From a virus (Duplodnaviria; Caudoviricetes): DNA of 54,564 nt. The position numbers and the translations under genes are program-made. The stretch covers positions 1 to 54,564 of the IMG/VR virus record IMGVR_UViG_3300045999_012682; one strand, written 5' to 3'. The notes below the pieces were generated by a model. The model did not search any database and had not been told where the DNA came from. It saw only the letters and a program-made list of their open reading frames with translations. This document shows, in pieces, positions 28,755-36,899 of the stretch. How positions within the stretch are numbered: the first letter of the stretch is position 1; each line of letters begins with the position of its first letter.

Positions 28755-29354
28755 ATGGCCCAAACTATTTTTGTTTGTCATAATTGCTTTAATACTTTTG
28801 AACGCACTGGAAATGCAGGTGCAATTTGTAGGTCAAAACTTAAAAAAAGAGGCTATGTATTTTGTTCAAAAAATTGTGGTTCATTTAAACATGGTGGCTA
28901 CAAAAACAAAACCCCTGAATATAGCTCTTGGTGCGCAATGAAAAGTAGGTGCAATAATCCCTCTCACGAATCGTATGCTCGTTACGGCGGCCGTGGAATA
29001 ACCTATGATTCTTCTTGGGAAGACTTTACGGTGTTTCTGGCAGATATGGGCAAAAAACCAGATTCCAAAATGGAATTAGAAAGAATCGATAATAATAAAA
29101 ATTATTGCAAAGAAAACTGTCGTTGGGCTACTCACAAAGAACAGACACGTAATCGCGGAGGAAAACGTGCTACAAGAATTTACACATTTGATGGGAAAAC
29201 AATGTGCATTGCAGACTGGGCAAAAGAAGTTGGTATTAGCCCTCAGTCAATGCAAAAAAGATTAAATAATAACTGGCCATTAGAAAAAGCCTTTTCCAAA
29301 GAAAAACACGATGGAAAAGGCGGTACACATATTAAACCAAAACAAAGTTTATAA
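28755..29354 (+). CDS. free-standing HNH homing endonuclease, antisense to structural operon
   Basis: EYSSWCAMKSRC...YGGRGI...FLADMG...LERIDNNKNYCKENCRWAT; N-terminal CxxC...FCSxxC. Confidence 0.85.
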   Translation: MAQTIFVCHNCFNTFERTGNAGAICRSKLKKRGYVFCSKNCGSFKHGGYKNKTPEYSSWCAMKSRCNNPSHESYARYGGRGITYDSSWEDFTVFLADMGKKPDSKMELERIDNNKNYCKENCRWATHKEQTRNRGGKRATRIYTFDGKTMCIADWAKEVGISPQSMQKRLNNNWPLEKAFSKEKHDGKGGTHIKPKQSL

Positions 29355-30023
29355 TCCTGGCAATCGAGTAGCGCTAGTTAATGCTGATAGATAAGGAGAT
29401 ACAGGCGTTAACGTTTGTGCCGAAAAGACATCACGCTGTACAGGCGACATATCTTTCATTGCAAACTGCATGAGAGGACTTTGCAGAGAAGGTGAATTCA
29501 AAAGGAGTTCACCTGCAAAAGCTGCGAGTAAATCCTGTGGATCAATAAGGGATTTAGAGGCTGTTTGCTGAGGAGCTTGATCAAGCGTACCAAGCTTTTC
29601 ATAAATTTCTCTGGCCGCTTTTTGTCTGGCTTCCGTTTTAGGGATACCAGCACGCTCATAATCAACAACAAAACGACGTGCAGCTTCTTCTGGAGAAACG
29701 GCACCACGCAAAGACGCATCCGCTCTTTTCTCTGGGCCTTTTAATTCATGGATAAGAAAATCAGCCTGGGCGTCAATAGAACCTGGATCTAATCCTTTTT
29801 GCTTGGCAAAGTTAATTAAGTTTTTTTGTCTACCTGCAGTCCATTGACCTACACCATAACCACCAACACCCAAAGGTGCGCCAACTTTCCCGCCCTCATT
29901 AATGCGCGGATTAAAACCAGATTCAAGCTGGAAGTTACCAAGTATGCCTGCAGCCTGCTCACGGGTATAACCGTCAGCCAAAAGGCGTCTAGCAATAACA
30001 AGAGCGTTGGGATGTAATAACAT
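29349..30023 (-). CDS. virion-associated lysozyme (Phage_lysozyme2-like)
   Basis: QAAGILGNFQLESGFNP, GVGQWT, QADFLIHEL, AARRFVVDYERAG. Confidence 0.85.
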   Translation of the reverse strand: MLLHPNALVIARRLLADGYTREQAAGILGNFQLESGFNPRINEGGKVGAPLGVGGYGVGQWTAGRQKNLINFAKQKGLDPGSIDAQADFLIHELKGPEKRADASLRGAVSPEEAARRFVVDYERAGIPKTEARQKAAREIYEKLGTLDQAPQQTASKSLIDPQDLLAAFAGELLLNSPSLQSPLMQFAMKDMSPVQRDVFSAQTLTPVSPYLSALTSATRLPGL

Positions 30024-30030
30024 GGCTGCA

Positions 30031-30153
30031 TTAGTTTTGTTCTCCTACCCAATTTGAACTTGCCCTGAGACCGGGAACGAATACTGTTTGGAGTGCCAGA
30101 GTCGTGGCCAGGTACGCAAGGGTGCGTTTAACAAGATTGGGACAGAGGATCAT
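30031..30153 (-). CDS. small signal-peptide-like ORF (40 aa)
   Basis: Read by hand: MILCPNLVKRTLAYLATTLALQTVFVPGLRASSNWVGEQN; fills the gap before the lysozyme. Confidence 0.5.
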   Translation of the reverse strand: MILCPNLVKRTLAYLATTLALQTVFVPGLRASSNWVGEQN

Positions 30154-30171
30154 CGGTTTAAAGCAACTACA

Positions 30172-30235
30172 CTGGCCCCCGTGAATCAAAGATTCGTGTC
30201 CAGCTGGTTGGACTTACATGCTAAGCAATGCCAAG
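30172..30235 (-). ncRNA. candidate multi-stem structured RNA
   Basis: On - strand: TGGC/GCCA closing stem around hairpins CTTA/TAAG, GTCCA/TGGAC, GAATC/GATTC. Confidence 0.35.
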
Positions 30236-30240
30236 ATAGT

Positions 30241-30969
30241 TTACTTTCCTGCTTGTTGTAACAAGCGCTTTTTCATTTCTTCTACTAAATTAGGAGAAAG
30301 ACCATATTGAGCAGGATCATATCCTGTCTCAAGGGTTGCTCGTGTTCCCAAATCACCTTGTTGATATGGAATTGCTCCAGGGGCAACTTGTACCGGCGCT
30401 GCAGTTGCTTGCATTGCCTGCATCTCTTGCGGCGACATGCCTGACTGATAGCCAAAAGTACGATCCATTAAAGGATTGAACCTACCAACTGCACCACCGG
30501 GTTGACCCATGGGTGTATTGCCATACTTCTGTTGCCAGATCTGCATGCCGATATCTTCTGCCGACTGCACTTGCTCAGGTGTAGCACCAGCTGCAACCGC
30601 CTTAAGACGAGCATCTTCGTAACGCTTAAGCTCAGGATCTTGTGCAGTTAACTGAGCGATGCGAGAGACATCCTGTTGATAGGCACGATCTGCTGCAGCT
30701 TGTTGACCAGGGAAGCCAGCACCTGGACGAAAGGCTTCTGCGGCAGCACCTGCAGCAAGCTCAGCTTTTTTATACCCTTTTCCATAATCACGCAGGCTAC
30801 CGGCAGGTGCAGGAACACTACGTCCAGCGTAAGTACCACGGCGACCGCCCATGCCACCGCCAGCAGGTACATAAGAAGCGTTACCACCGGGTCGCCCTAA
30901 AATAAGTTGCAGTATTCCGGAAAGATCCGCAACATTAGGATTGGAGCCCGTTCTTGTACCTTGTGCCAT
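30241..30969 (-). CDS. putative internal virion protein
   Basis: Gly/Ala/Gln-rich; start MAQGTRTG at 30969 with GGAGG 5 nt upstream. Confidence 0.7.
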   Translation of the reverse strand: MAQGTRTGSNPNVADLSGILQLILGRPGGNASYVPAGGGMGGRRGTYAGRSVPAPAGSLRDYGKGYKKAELAAGAAAEAFRPGAGFPGQQAAADRAYQQDVSRIAQLTAQDPELKRYEDARLKAVAAGATPEQVQSAEDIGMQIWQQKYGNTPMGQPGGAVGRFNPLMDRTFGYQSGMSPQEMQAMQATAAPVQVAPGAIPYQQGDLGTRATLETGYDPAQYGLSPNLVEEMKKRLLQQAGK

Positions 30970-30971
30970 AA

Positions 30972-31013
30972 TTACCTCCAAACCTCATGTAAATAAAGAC
31001 GAGAACCAACTGC
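30972..31013 (-). pseudogene. orphan duplicate 3' end of gene 31580-32041
   Basis: Translates AVGSRLYLHEVWR*, versus SVGTRIYLHELWR* ending the intact gene. Confidence 0.85.
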
Positions 31014-31021
31014 TCACCTAA

Positions 31022-31537
31022 TTAAAAACATTCTAAATCAAGACACGCAAACTCCCTATAGAAAAGTTTTTGAGCGTCTTGTGCAGCTTTTTTTGCCTCT
31101 TCTTCCGTTTCAAAATTACCAACCGTAACGCGTTTGCCATCAAGAGTCACCCTGACTCTATATAAACCTGTATCTTTTCTTTGTGAATAACCTACAAAGA
31201 TCTTGTTATAGTTGTTTTCAGTTCCAGTGGCTAATCTAAGATTTACCCAGCGGTTGTCCTTTGGATTTCTATTTCTATGCTCAACCAGTGAAGAGCCTGG
31301 ATCTTTGCCGGTCATAAGAAGCCACGCAATCCGGCTGATGTAATAACTTTTTCCTTTATGTTTTACAACCCAAGTTTTTCTTCTTTCTGGACCACCCAAA
31401 GAACCTATTGTTTTGTTTAATTTTTGTTTATCAGCCTTGCATCGAGACTTAATTAAAAGCAACTCTCCCGTATCAGGCAAGTACTCATAGTATTCTTTTA
31501 ACTCTTCCAGGGGAGGCAAAGGCGCTGACGCAACCAT
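31022..31537 (-). CDS. HNH_3 + AP2-like homing endonuclease
   Basis: YYISRIAWLL, VEHRNRNPKDNRWVNLRLAT, YRVRVTLDGKRVTVGNFETEEEA. Confidence 0.85.
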   Translation of the reverse strand: MVASAPLPPLEELKEYYEYLPDTGELLLIKSRCKADKQKLNKTIGSLGGPERRKTWVVKHKGKSYYISRIAWLLMTGKDPGSSLVEHRNRNPKDNRWVNLRLATGTENNYNKIFVGYSQRKDTGLYRVRVTLDGKRVTVGNFETEEEAKKAAQDAQKLFYREFACLDLECF

Positions 31538-31579
31538 GCTTTTAATGCGTGTATCAATATTTTAACATACACTGATTAA

Positions 31580-32041
31580 TTAGCGCCATAATTCGTGCAG
31601 GTATATCCGTGTTCCCACAGAAACATCGGCGGGACCAGGTAATGCCTGGATAAATTCAGCACCAGAGCGTTCGTAACGATACCTGGCCTGGAATGGATCC
31701 TTGTAGTTCGGAACGTAAAGGATGCCAGCTAAACGGTTGGTTTCGTAGAGATAAATCTCATCCCAAACCTTGAGTGCCTCTTTGGCATTGCTAGAGCGAA
31801 TCGTACGATCCACGTCACCAGCAATACTTTCGAGGCGAGTAGAAGGTGAAGTGGCAACTTCGGTCTTCTTCTCTGCCGTATCACAACGACCAATCTGAAT
31901 AATGATCTTGTCGTAGAAATACGAGTCTGGGACCGTATTCATGGCTTCTTCCAAACGAGCATAATCGCCCGCTGGCACGGAAACCGTGAAGTAGCCCAGG
32001 TGATACCGGACCCTGCTTTTGTCAAAATCAGACAGCTGCAC
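31580..32041 (-). CDS. putative head-tail adaptor/completion protein
   Basis: LSDFDKSRVRYHLGY N-terminus; position downstream of capsid genes. Confidence 0.6.
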   Translation of the reverse strand: MQLSDFDKSRVRYHLGYFTVSVPAGDYARLEEAMNTVPDSYFYDKIIIQIGRCDTAEKKTEVATSPSTRLESIAGDVDRTIRSSNAKEALKVWDEIYLYETNRLAGILYVPNYKDPFQARYRYERSGAEFIQALPGPADVSVGTRIYLHELWR

Positions 32042-32078
32042 AGTCTATTTCCGTTATGTTATCAATTATAAACGCTAG

Positions 32079-32705
32079 TTATCCGTAGATAATTTCATCC
32101 ATTGGCCCAGAGTACATCATCTGTTGCAACATAGAAGGTGTGCGCTGTGGAGACAATGCACTGGCAAATAAAGATTCTGTTAATGTCTCTTGGATTGTTT
32201 TTTTCTTTGGTTGCAGTGCATTCAAAAGAGCACCAAATAACGATGCATTTGTAGCTGCTGTATTAACAGATCCAGGGTTTTCAGAAGATACAGGTTGTGT
32301 CGCGGTTGGCATTGCATCTGTTAACTTCCCTTCTGGTGTTTTATATCTACCAGTGGCAAGCCATTCAAGTTGCTGGTCTGTTAAATATTTCTTGCCTTCG
32401 AGCGCCAGGTGCACATGTGTATCATGCCCTGGATCTCCAGGCCCCAACGCCTCATTGAATGTTCCTAACTGTTTGGCACGCCAACTTAACTCACCTGTGC
32501 GTTGTTTCCAGGGGATCGGTTTTCCTCCTTCGTAAGCGGGAGCAACATCTGGACGCCAGTCGGTAACATCAATTGCTAACCCTTTGGGATGATAACCGGT
32601 GGGAGAATGACCTCCTCCAACACCGCCAAAGGCAGGATTTTCACCTACACGTAAACCAAAACGTTGAAGGTATTTACCTATATCAACAATCGATCTTTCG
32701 GCCAT
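32079..32705 (-). CDS. virion protein with M15-like metallopeptidase motif
   Basis: GHSPTGYHPKGLAIDV...GHDTHVHLAL; likely start MAERSIVD at 32705. Confidence 0.65.
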   Translation of the reverse strand: MAERSIVDIGKYLQRFGLRVGENPAFGGVGGGHSPTGYHPKGLAIDVTDWRPDVAPAYEGGKPIPWKQRTGELSWRAKQLGTFNEALGPGDPGHDTHVHLALEGKKYLTDQQLEWLATGRYKTPEGKLTDAMPTATQPVSSENPGSVNTAATNASLFGALLNALQPKKKTIQETLTESLFASALSPQRTPSMLQQMMYSGPMDEIIYG

Positions 32706-32732
32706 CGTATGTTTTATTTTTATTGTAAAACG

Positions 32733-32757
32733 AAAAAACCCCTGGTCTCCCAGGGGC
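32733..32757 (-). terminator. rho-independent terminator after capsid operon
   Basis: - strand GCCCCTGG-GAGA-CCAGGGGT-TTTTT. Confidence 0.85.
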
Positions 32758-32776
32758 ATTATTATAGAAGCCTTAA

Positions 32777-33187
32777 TTAAACACGGATCAAGTCTGCTGA
32801 AAAAACAGAATCCCAATCAACTCTTTTGATTTGTCGCAGCTGCTCAAGATTGTTAAATCTTTCACCCGATAGTGACATCTGAAGATCTTTAATCTCCCGC
32901 GCTGTCTTCAAACCGATACCCTTAATATGATCAGCGATCATCTGCGCAGTAGCGCCATTAACATTCAACCGGGTATCTGGTGGAAAGGTACGAGGTTCTT
33001 CCTGCGCAGCTTTATCTTTTACCTGAAGAGTTTTTACCTTTTTGGTAGCCTCTTCATCGGGCGTAAGTTCACTTTTATAAGCGGTATAAAGGCGACCGTC
33101 CTGATCTTCGACCATGAACCAATCGCCATTATCCCATTCGCTTACGATTTTGACTCGGGCTCCTGTTTTTTTGTGCTGGTAAAGCAT
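32777..33187 (-). CDS. helix-hairpin-helix (ComEA-like) DNA-binding protein
   Basis: LNVNGATAQMIADHIKGIGLKTAREI...FNNLEQLRQIKRV. Confidence 0.75.
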   Translation of the reverse strand: MLYQHKKTGARVKIVSEWDNGDWFMVEDQDGRLYTAYKSELTPDEEATKKVKTLQVKDKAAQEEPRTFPPDTRLNVNGATAQMIADHIKGIGLKTAREIKDLQMSLSGERFNNLEQLRQIKRVDWDSVFSADLIRV

Positions 33188-33226
33188 ACAGACCAGATGT
33201 AAATATCTGGTCTTAGTTTACCTTAT

Positions 33227-34024
33227 TCAGCTAACAGTGCGAGCAGGAAGGTATTCATCCATGTCTTCGTAAGAAGGTGCTTCATCAGGTTGGATGTAGC
33301 AAACCTCAACAAAGAGATAACCGGTTCTACCAGCGGCAGCATCTGCATCAGAGATGTAAATACCACCAGAAGTGCTGGTATCATTTGCAGCACCTTTAGC
33401 AAACACCTTCAGGGTTGTACCACCAGTGCTGGTGTAGTACAGGGTGCCACCTGACACACCGGCAGCGCCAGTAGCGGTGATAAAGGGGTTGGTACCAAAG
33501 GCTTGGCTACCACCAGCAAAATAAATCTTGTTAGCGGCGTCACCGGAAGTGGTGGAAGTCAGGTTGGCCTGAATAGGACCTTCGCCAACACCGGAAGCAG
33601 CAGTAGGACCGCTGGAATCACGACCGAAGGAAATTACGTTGCCAGTAGCAGCATAAACACCGCTAGCGGCACGACCATCACCCCAGCCAGAACCAACAGA
33701 GATAGCAGTACGATAAACGTACACAGGACGAGAAGCCTCACCGGAAATCAACATACCGGTGATGTCAGGACGCGTATCGTCTTGGCGATACGGCGAAGGA
33801 ACGATCACATTGCCGGTCACCAGGGGTGCGCCAGAGGTCTGGGTCACCGCCACATAACCACGCTGCTGGAAGTAACGATAGCCAGGAACGGCCAGTACTG
33901 AAGTAGGGCCGCCCTTAGACGAATCGTTGGTACCGTTGTCGTTGGTATCAATATTCTTGTACCAACCGTTCAGTGCTTCTACCCAGTTACCTGGATAGAT
34001 TTTTTTCGAAGATAAATAGGACAT
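33227..34024 (-). CDS. putative capsid decoration/minor structural protein
   Basis: Immediately downstream of the capsid gene; Gly/Ala/Thr-rich beta protein. Confidence 0.65.
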   Translation of the reverse strand: MSYLSSKKIYPGNWVEALNGWYKNIDTNDNGTNDSSKGGPTSVLAVPGYRYFQQRGYVAVTQTSGAPLVTGNVIVPSPYRQDDTRPDITGMLISGEASRPVYVYRTAISVGSGWGDGRAASGVYAATGNVISFGRDSSGPTAASGVGEGPIQANLTSTTSGDAANKIYFAGGSQAFGTNPFITATGAAGVSGGTLYYTSTGGTTLKVFAKGAANDTSTSGGIYISDADAAAGRTGYLFVEVCYIQPDEAPSYEDMDEYLPARTVS

Positions 34025-34057
34025 TTATTTTTCCCGTTGTTTTAAAACTAAGAATTA

Positions 34058-35209
34058 TCAGACAGCACCGTCATCGGCAAGGAAGCTGAATGCAGTGGTC
34101 ACGAAGTCCTTGTTAAGGATTTCAAAACCAGCATACAGTTGCCAAATCAGGATGATGAATCGGCTGAAGTCATCATTATTATTGATGAGAACTTGAGCGT
34201 TCGGACCACCGATACCCACGCCAATTGACTGAGGACCAAAGAAGTAACCTTGAGAAACTTCTTGGCTGCTGTAGGAAGGAGTGTCGGTGAAGCTTGCGCT
34301 CACGTTTTTGGTCGGGAAGTTGGTCGACTCATAGAACTTCACACCTTCAAACTGGACGCCAGTAGGCATTACAGGCTCACCAGCCAGGAAGTAACCCTGA
34401 CCAGCCTGGGGACCCATGTAGAAGCTGGCGTTGTTAGGCATCATGGGGTTGCCCATGTACATGCCTTGACCAGGATTACCAGCGTAGCGGGCAATCTCAC
34501 GGAAGTCCGGATCACGACGCAGGTGCATCATGAAAGTAGGATCGCAAATGCAGCGATACAGACCATCAGCAAAGGTCGGTACATTGCGCTTACGCAGATC
34601 CTTCACCACTTCCAGCAGGTCAGTACGCACCTGGAACTGCTGCACTTGAGCGGCATACTCAGCGGTGGTGTAGGCAATACGACCGGAAGAATCTTTGGTC
34701 TTGCCACCAGGGAAATAGTAGCCGCCCTGGGTGGTAGAAGCTGCACCATTAGCTTCGGCTTTGGCGAGTTCATCAATGAACACGCGGTCGCGCCAACGAC
34801 GGTAGTCATCGAGCAGCGTCAGGCTACCGATGGACTGGTGGAACATGTTGAGGTTGCCCGTGTCCAGCAGGAGACGCTGGGCCGTGATCAGGGTCTCACG
34901 AGCAATCTTGAAGGTCGAAGGTTGGGTCGGATCACCCGGATCTGCAGGACCAGTATATTCCTTAAGCACCACCAGGACTTTTTCTTTGGTGATGTTACGG
35001 CTGTTAGCGGTACCGATAGTTTGATCGGAAATACGCTCACGGCTGTCCTTAGTACCAGGGGTACTCCAGAACTTGTAGCGATCTAACTGAACAGTTTGAC
35101 CAGGCTGACGAGTGAAGTCGTGAACGACCACAGGCTCGACTGCCATTTCTGCGATATACGCAGGGTGGGGACGGTAAAGTTCCGCACCTAAGATTTTTGG
35201 AAAATCGTT
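34058..35209 (-). CDS. major capsid protein, exon 2
   Basis: Frame continues upstream of the listed ATG as NDFPKILGAELYRPHPAYIAEMAVEP; position between scaffold and decoration genes; N4-gp56-like features (PGQTVQLDRY, DDFSRF). Confidence 0.85.
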   Translation of the reverse strand, partial: NDFPKILGAELYRPHPAYIAEMAVEPVVVHDFTRQPGQTVQLDRYKFWSTPGTKDSRERISDQTIGTANSRNITKEKVLVVLKEYTGPADPGDPTQPSTFKIARETLITAQRLLLDTGNLNMFHQSIGSLTLLDDYRRWRDRVFIDELAKAEANGAASTTQGGYYFPGGKTKDSSGRIAYTTAEYAAQVQQFQVRTDLLEVVKDLRKRNVPTFADGLYRCICDPTFMMHLRRDPDFREIARYAGNPGQGMYMGNPMMPNNASFYMGPQAGQGYFLAGEPVMPTGVQFEGVKFYESTNFPTKNVSASFTDTPSYSSQEVSQGYFFGPQSIGVGIGGPNAQVLINNNDDFSRFIILIWQLYAGFEILNKDFVTTAFSFLADDGAV

Positions 35210-36034
35210 CTCCTGGTCTCTAGTTTCTTAGAGGGGTGGACTATCTCTTCATCCCTGTGGGATGCCGGACGCTAAATCTGGTATTACGTAACAAGATCGT
35301 GTTACACCCAGTAGTCTCTGCACCTTCCAATCACGGCTTGATTGGCTTGGCTCAGGATTACCCTCGTCTTTACGTTAGGGCTTCCCTGAATTCATCCGGT
35401 TTGCACTCATCGATTGCTCGGTGAGGTGACAACGTTGAGCGTTCAGTTGAGGCATGCTATGCTTTGGAAACTTGTTTATGAACAAAATGAATCCAAAACT
35501 TGTTCCTGGATTTGGTAATCTTTACTTGACAGAAGAAGGAAAAGCTTTTGAAAAACAACTTGATCCCGACAATCAAGAATATTTTCGAGAGATTCCTATT
35601 AGTTCAACCAGTGTTTACGACCGTATTTCAGTTCTTGTAAATGGAAAAAGAAAACGCTTTCATCTTCATGTCTTGATGGCAGTTGTTTTTTTAGGATTAG
35701 ACCTGCGTTCACATGGAACCAGTAACTTTTCCTTACAAGTTGATCACAAAGATAATGACAAGAGAAATAATCAACTTGGCAATCTTGAGATCGTTACCAA
35801 ACAAGAAAATTTAACAAGAGCCTGGAAGAGCGGTTGTTATAAAAACAATGGCTTTGCCAGTAAAGGAAAACCGAAGAAGTCTTTGAGAAAGTTTTCTTCG
35901 GATGACGTGGCTCAGATCAAAGCTTTAAAAGAAGCCGGTCTTTCTTATCGAAAGATTGCTGAAAAGTTTGACTGTAATCACGGAGCTATTTACCAAATCT
36001 TGAAGGGCTATACCTACCAGGATCTGAACTAGCT
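35210..36034 (-). ncRNA. group I intron (825 nt) in major capsid gene
   Basis: P GAATTCAGGGAA (35382-35393), Q AATCCTGAGC (35350-35359), R GTGCAGAGACTA (35312-35323), S AAGAGATAGTCC (35238-35249); P7 GACTA/TAGTC; exon 1 ends in U, intron ends in G; IGS CGTTGTCA. Confidence 0.93.
35478..36032 (+). CDS. intron-encoded HNH homing endonuclease with C-terminal HTH (antisense)
   Basis: HLHVLMAVVFLG...QVDHKDNDKRNNQLGNLEIVTKQENL; GLSYRKIAEKF; TGCTATGCT extended -10-like site at 35455 suggests start 35478. Confidence 0.88.
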   Translation: MNKMNPKLVPGFGNLYLTEEGKAFEKQLDPDNQEYFREIPISSTSVYDRISVLVNGKRKRFHLHVLMAVVFLGLDLRSHGTSNFSLQVDHKDNDKRNNQLGNLEIVTKQENLTRAWKSGCYKNNGFASKGKPKKSLRKFSSDDVAQIKALKEAGLSYRKIAEKFDCNHGAIYQILKGYTYQDLN

Positions 36035-36046
36035 ATCAATAAACAC
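36035..36046 (-). CDS. major capsid protein, exon 1 (MFID)
   Basis: GTG TTT ATT GAT with GGAGG upstream; joins in frame to exon 2 giving MFIDNDFPKILGAELYRPHP. Confidence 0.85.
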
Positions 36047-36145
36047 CTTGGTGTATCCTCCAGTGTCAGTGTTTTTATCGGGTGAAAGATAAAGACACGT
36101 GTGTCTTATCTAACACAAATTTTAGCAGACAGTAAACTTAGATGC

Positions 36146-36895
36146 TTACACGTACTGCGTGGATGCATACGGAGTTACACCGTATTTAGCGCTTGCTGTG
36201 TTGCTGGATCCAGGGGATTCTGGATCAATGGCCATACCTTGCTGGAATCCTGGGATTCCAGTCATCTGGACTACGTTGGAAACGCCTCCCCCAAGAAGAC
36301 CACCTAATCCAGCAAGAGCTGGAAGAGCGCCCATATAAAGACCTTGTGCTAAACGGTTTGCATCTACCTTGGATTGCGCGTACTTCTGTGCTTTTAGAGT
36401 TTTGTCTCCATACTCGACAGCTTTGTCGAAAGCTGCTTTTGCGGTAGATGTTGCACCTGCTTTAGCCGCTTCGGTCCCACGTTTAATGTAGGGAAGAGCA
36501 GCCTCGCCATACTTATCTGTGATGTCCTGCACGTTTGCCCTGGTTAGCTGAGAAGATTTTGCTCGAGATTGAATCCCCGATCCAACCAATCCACCAAGCG
36601 TAGCGGCGCCTGCCGCTTCAAGAAGAATACGCCCTGGATCTTTATCCTCACCTCCCATTAGGTTCCCAGCAACAGAGCCGCCTGCACTAATAAGCCCATA
36701 TGCCAAGGGAGCATATTGGGCACTATTAGAGGGACTTAAAGAGTTAGGTAGCTTACCTAAATACTTGCCGGCAAGGAGGTCTGTTTTATTGAGACCTCCT
36801 TCAATAGCACCAAGTAAACGATCTCTTTTAGATCCTTGAGGAACGGCGCCGCGTGCTTCACTAACGTATGCTGCACCACGACTTAACATTCCCAT
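36146..36895 (-). CDS. Gly/Ala-rich putative virion protein
   Basis: 249 aa with hydrophobic Gly-rich segments. Confidence 0.7.
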   Translation of the reverse strand: MGMLSRGAAYVSEARGAVPQGSKRDRLLGAIEGGLNKTDLLAGKYLGKLPNSLSPSNSAQYAPLAYGLISAGGSVAGNLMGGEDKDPGRILLEAAGAATLGGLVGSGIQSRAKSSQLTRANVQDITDKYGEAALPYIKRGTEAAKAGATSTAKAAFDKAVEYGDKTLKAQKYAQSKVDANRLAQGLYMGALPALAGLGGLLGGGVSNVVQMTGIPGFQQGMAIDPESPGSSNTASAKYGVTPYASTQYV

Positions 36896-36899
36896 GGCA

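Noticed and set aside
31014-31579. Group I intron around the HNH-AP2 gene
   Set aside because: Flanks are only 8 and 42 nt with no P/Q/R/S core; the upstream gene has its own complete end
34250-35086. 278-aa + strand ORF
   Set aside because: Antisense shadow of the codon-biased capsid gene
35144-35146. ATG at 35146 as capsid start
   Set aside because: The frame extends 21 codons upstream to the intron 3' splice site, and exon 1 with an RBS is present
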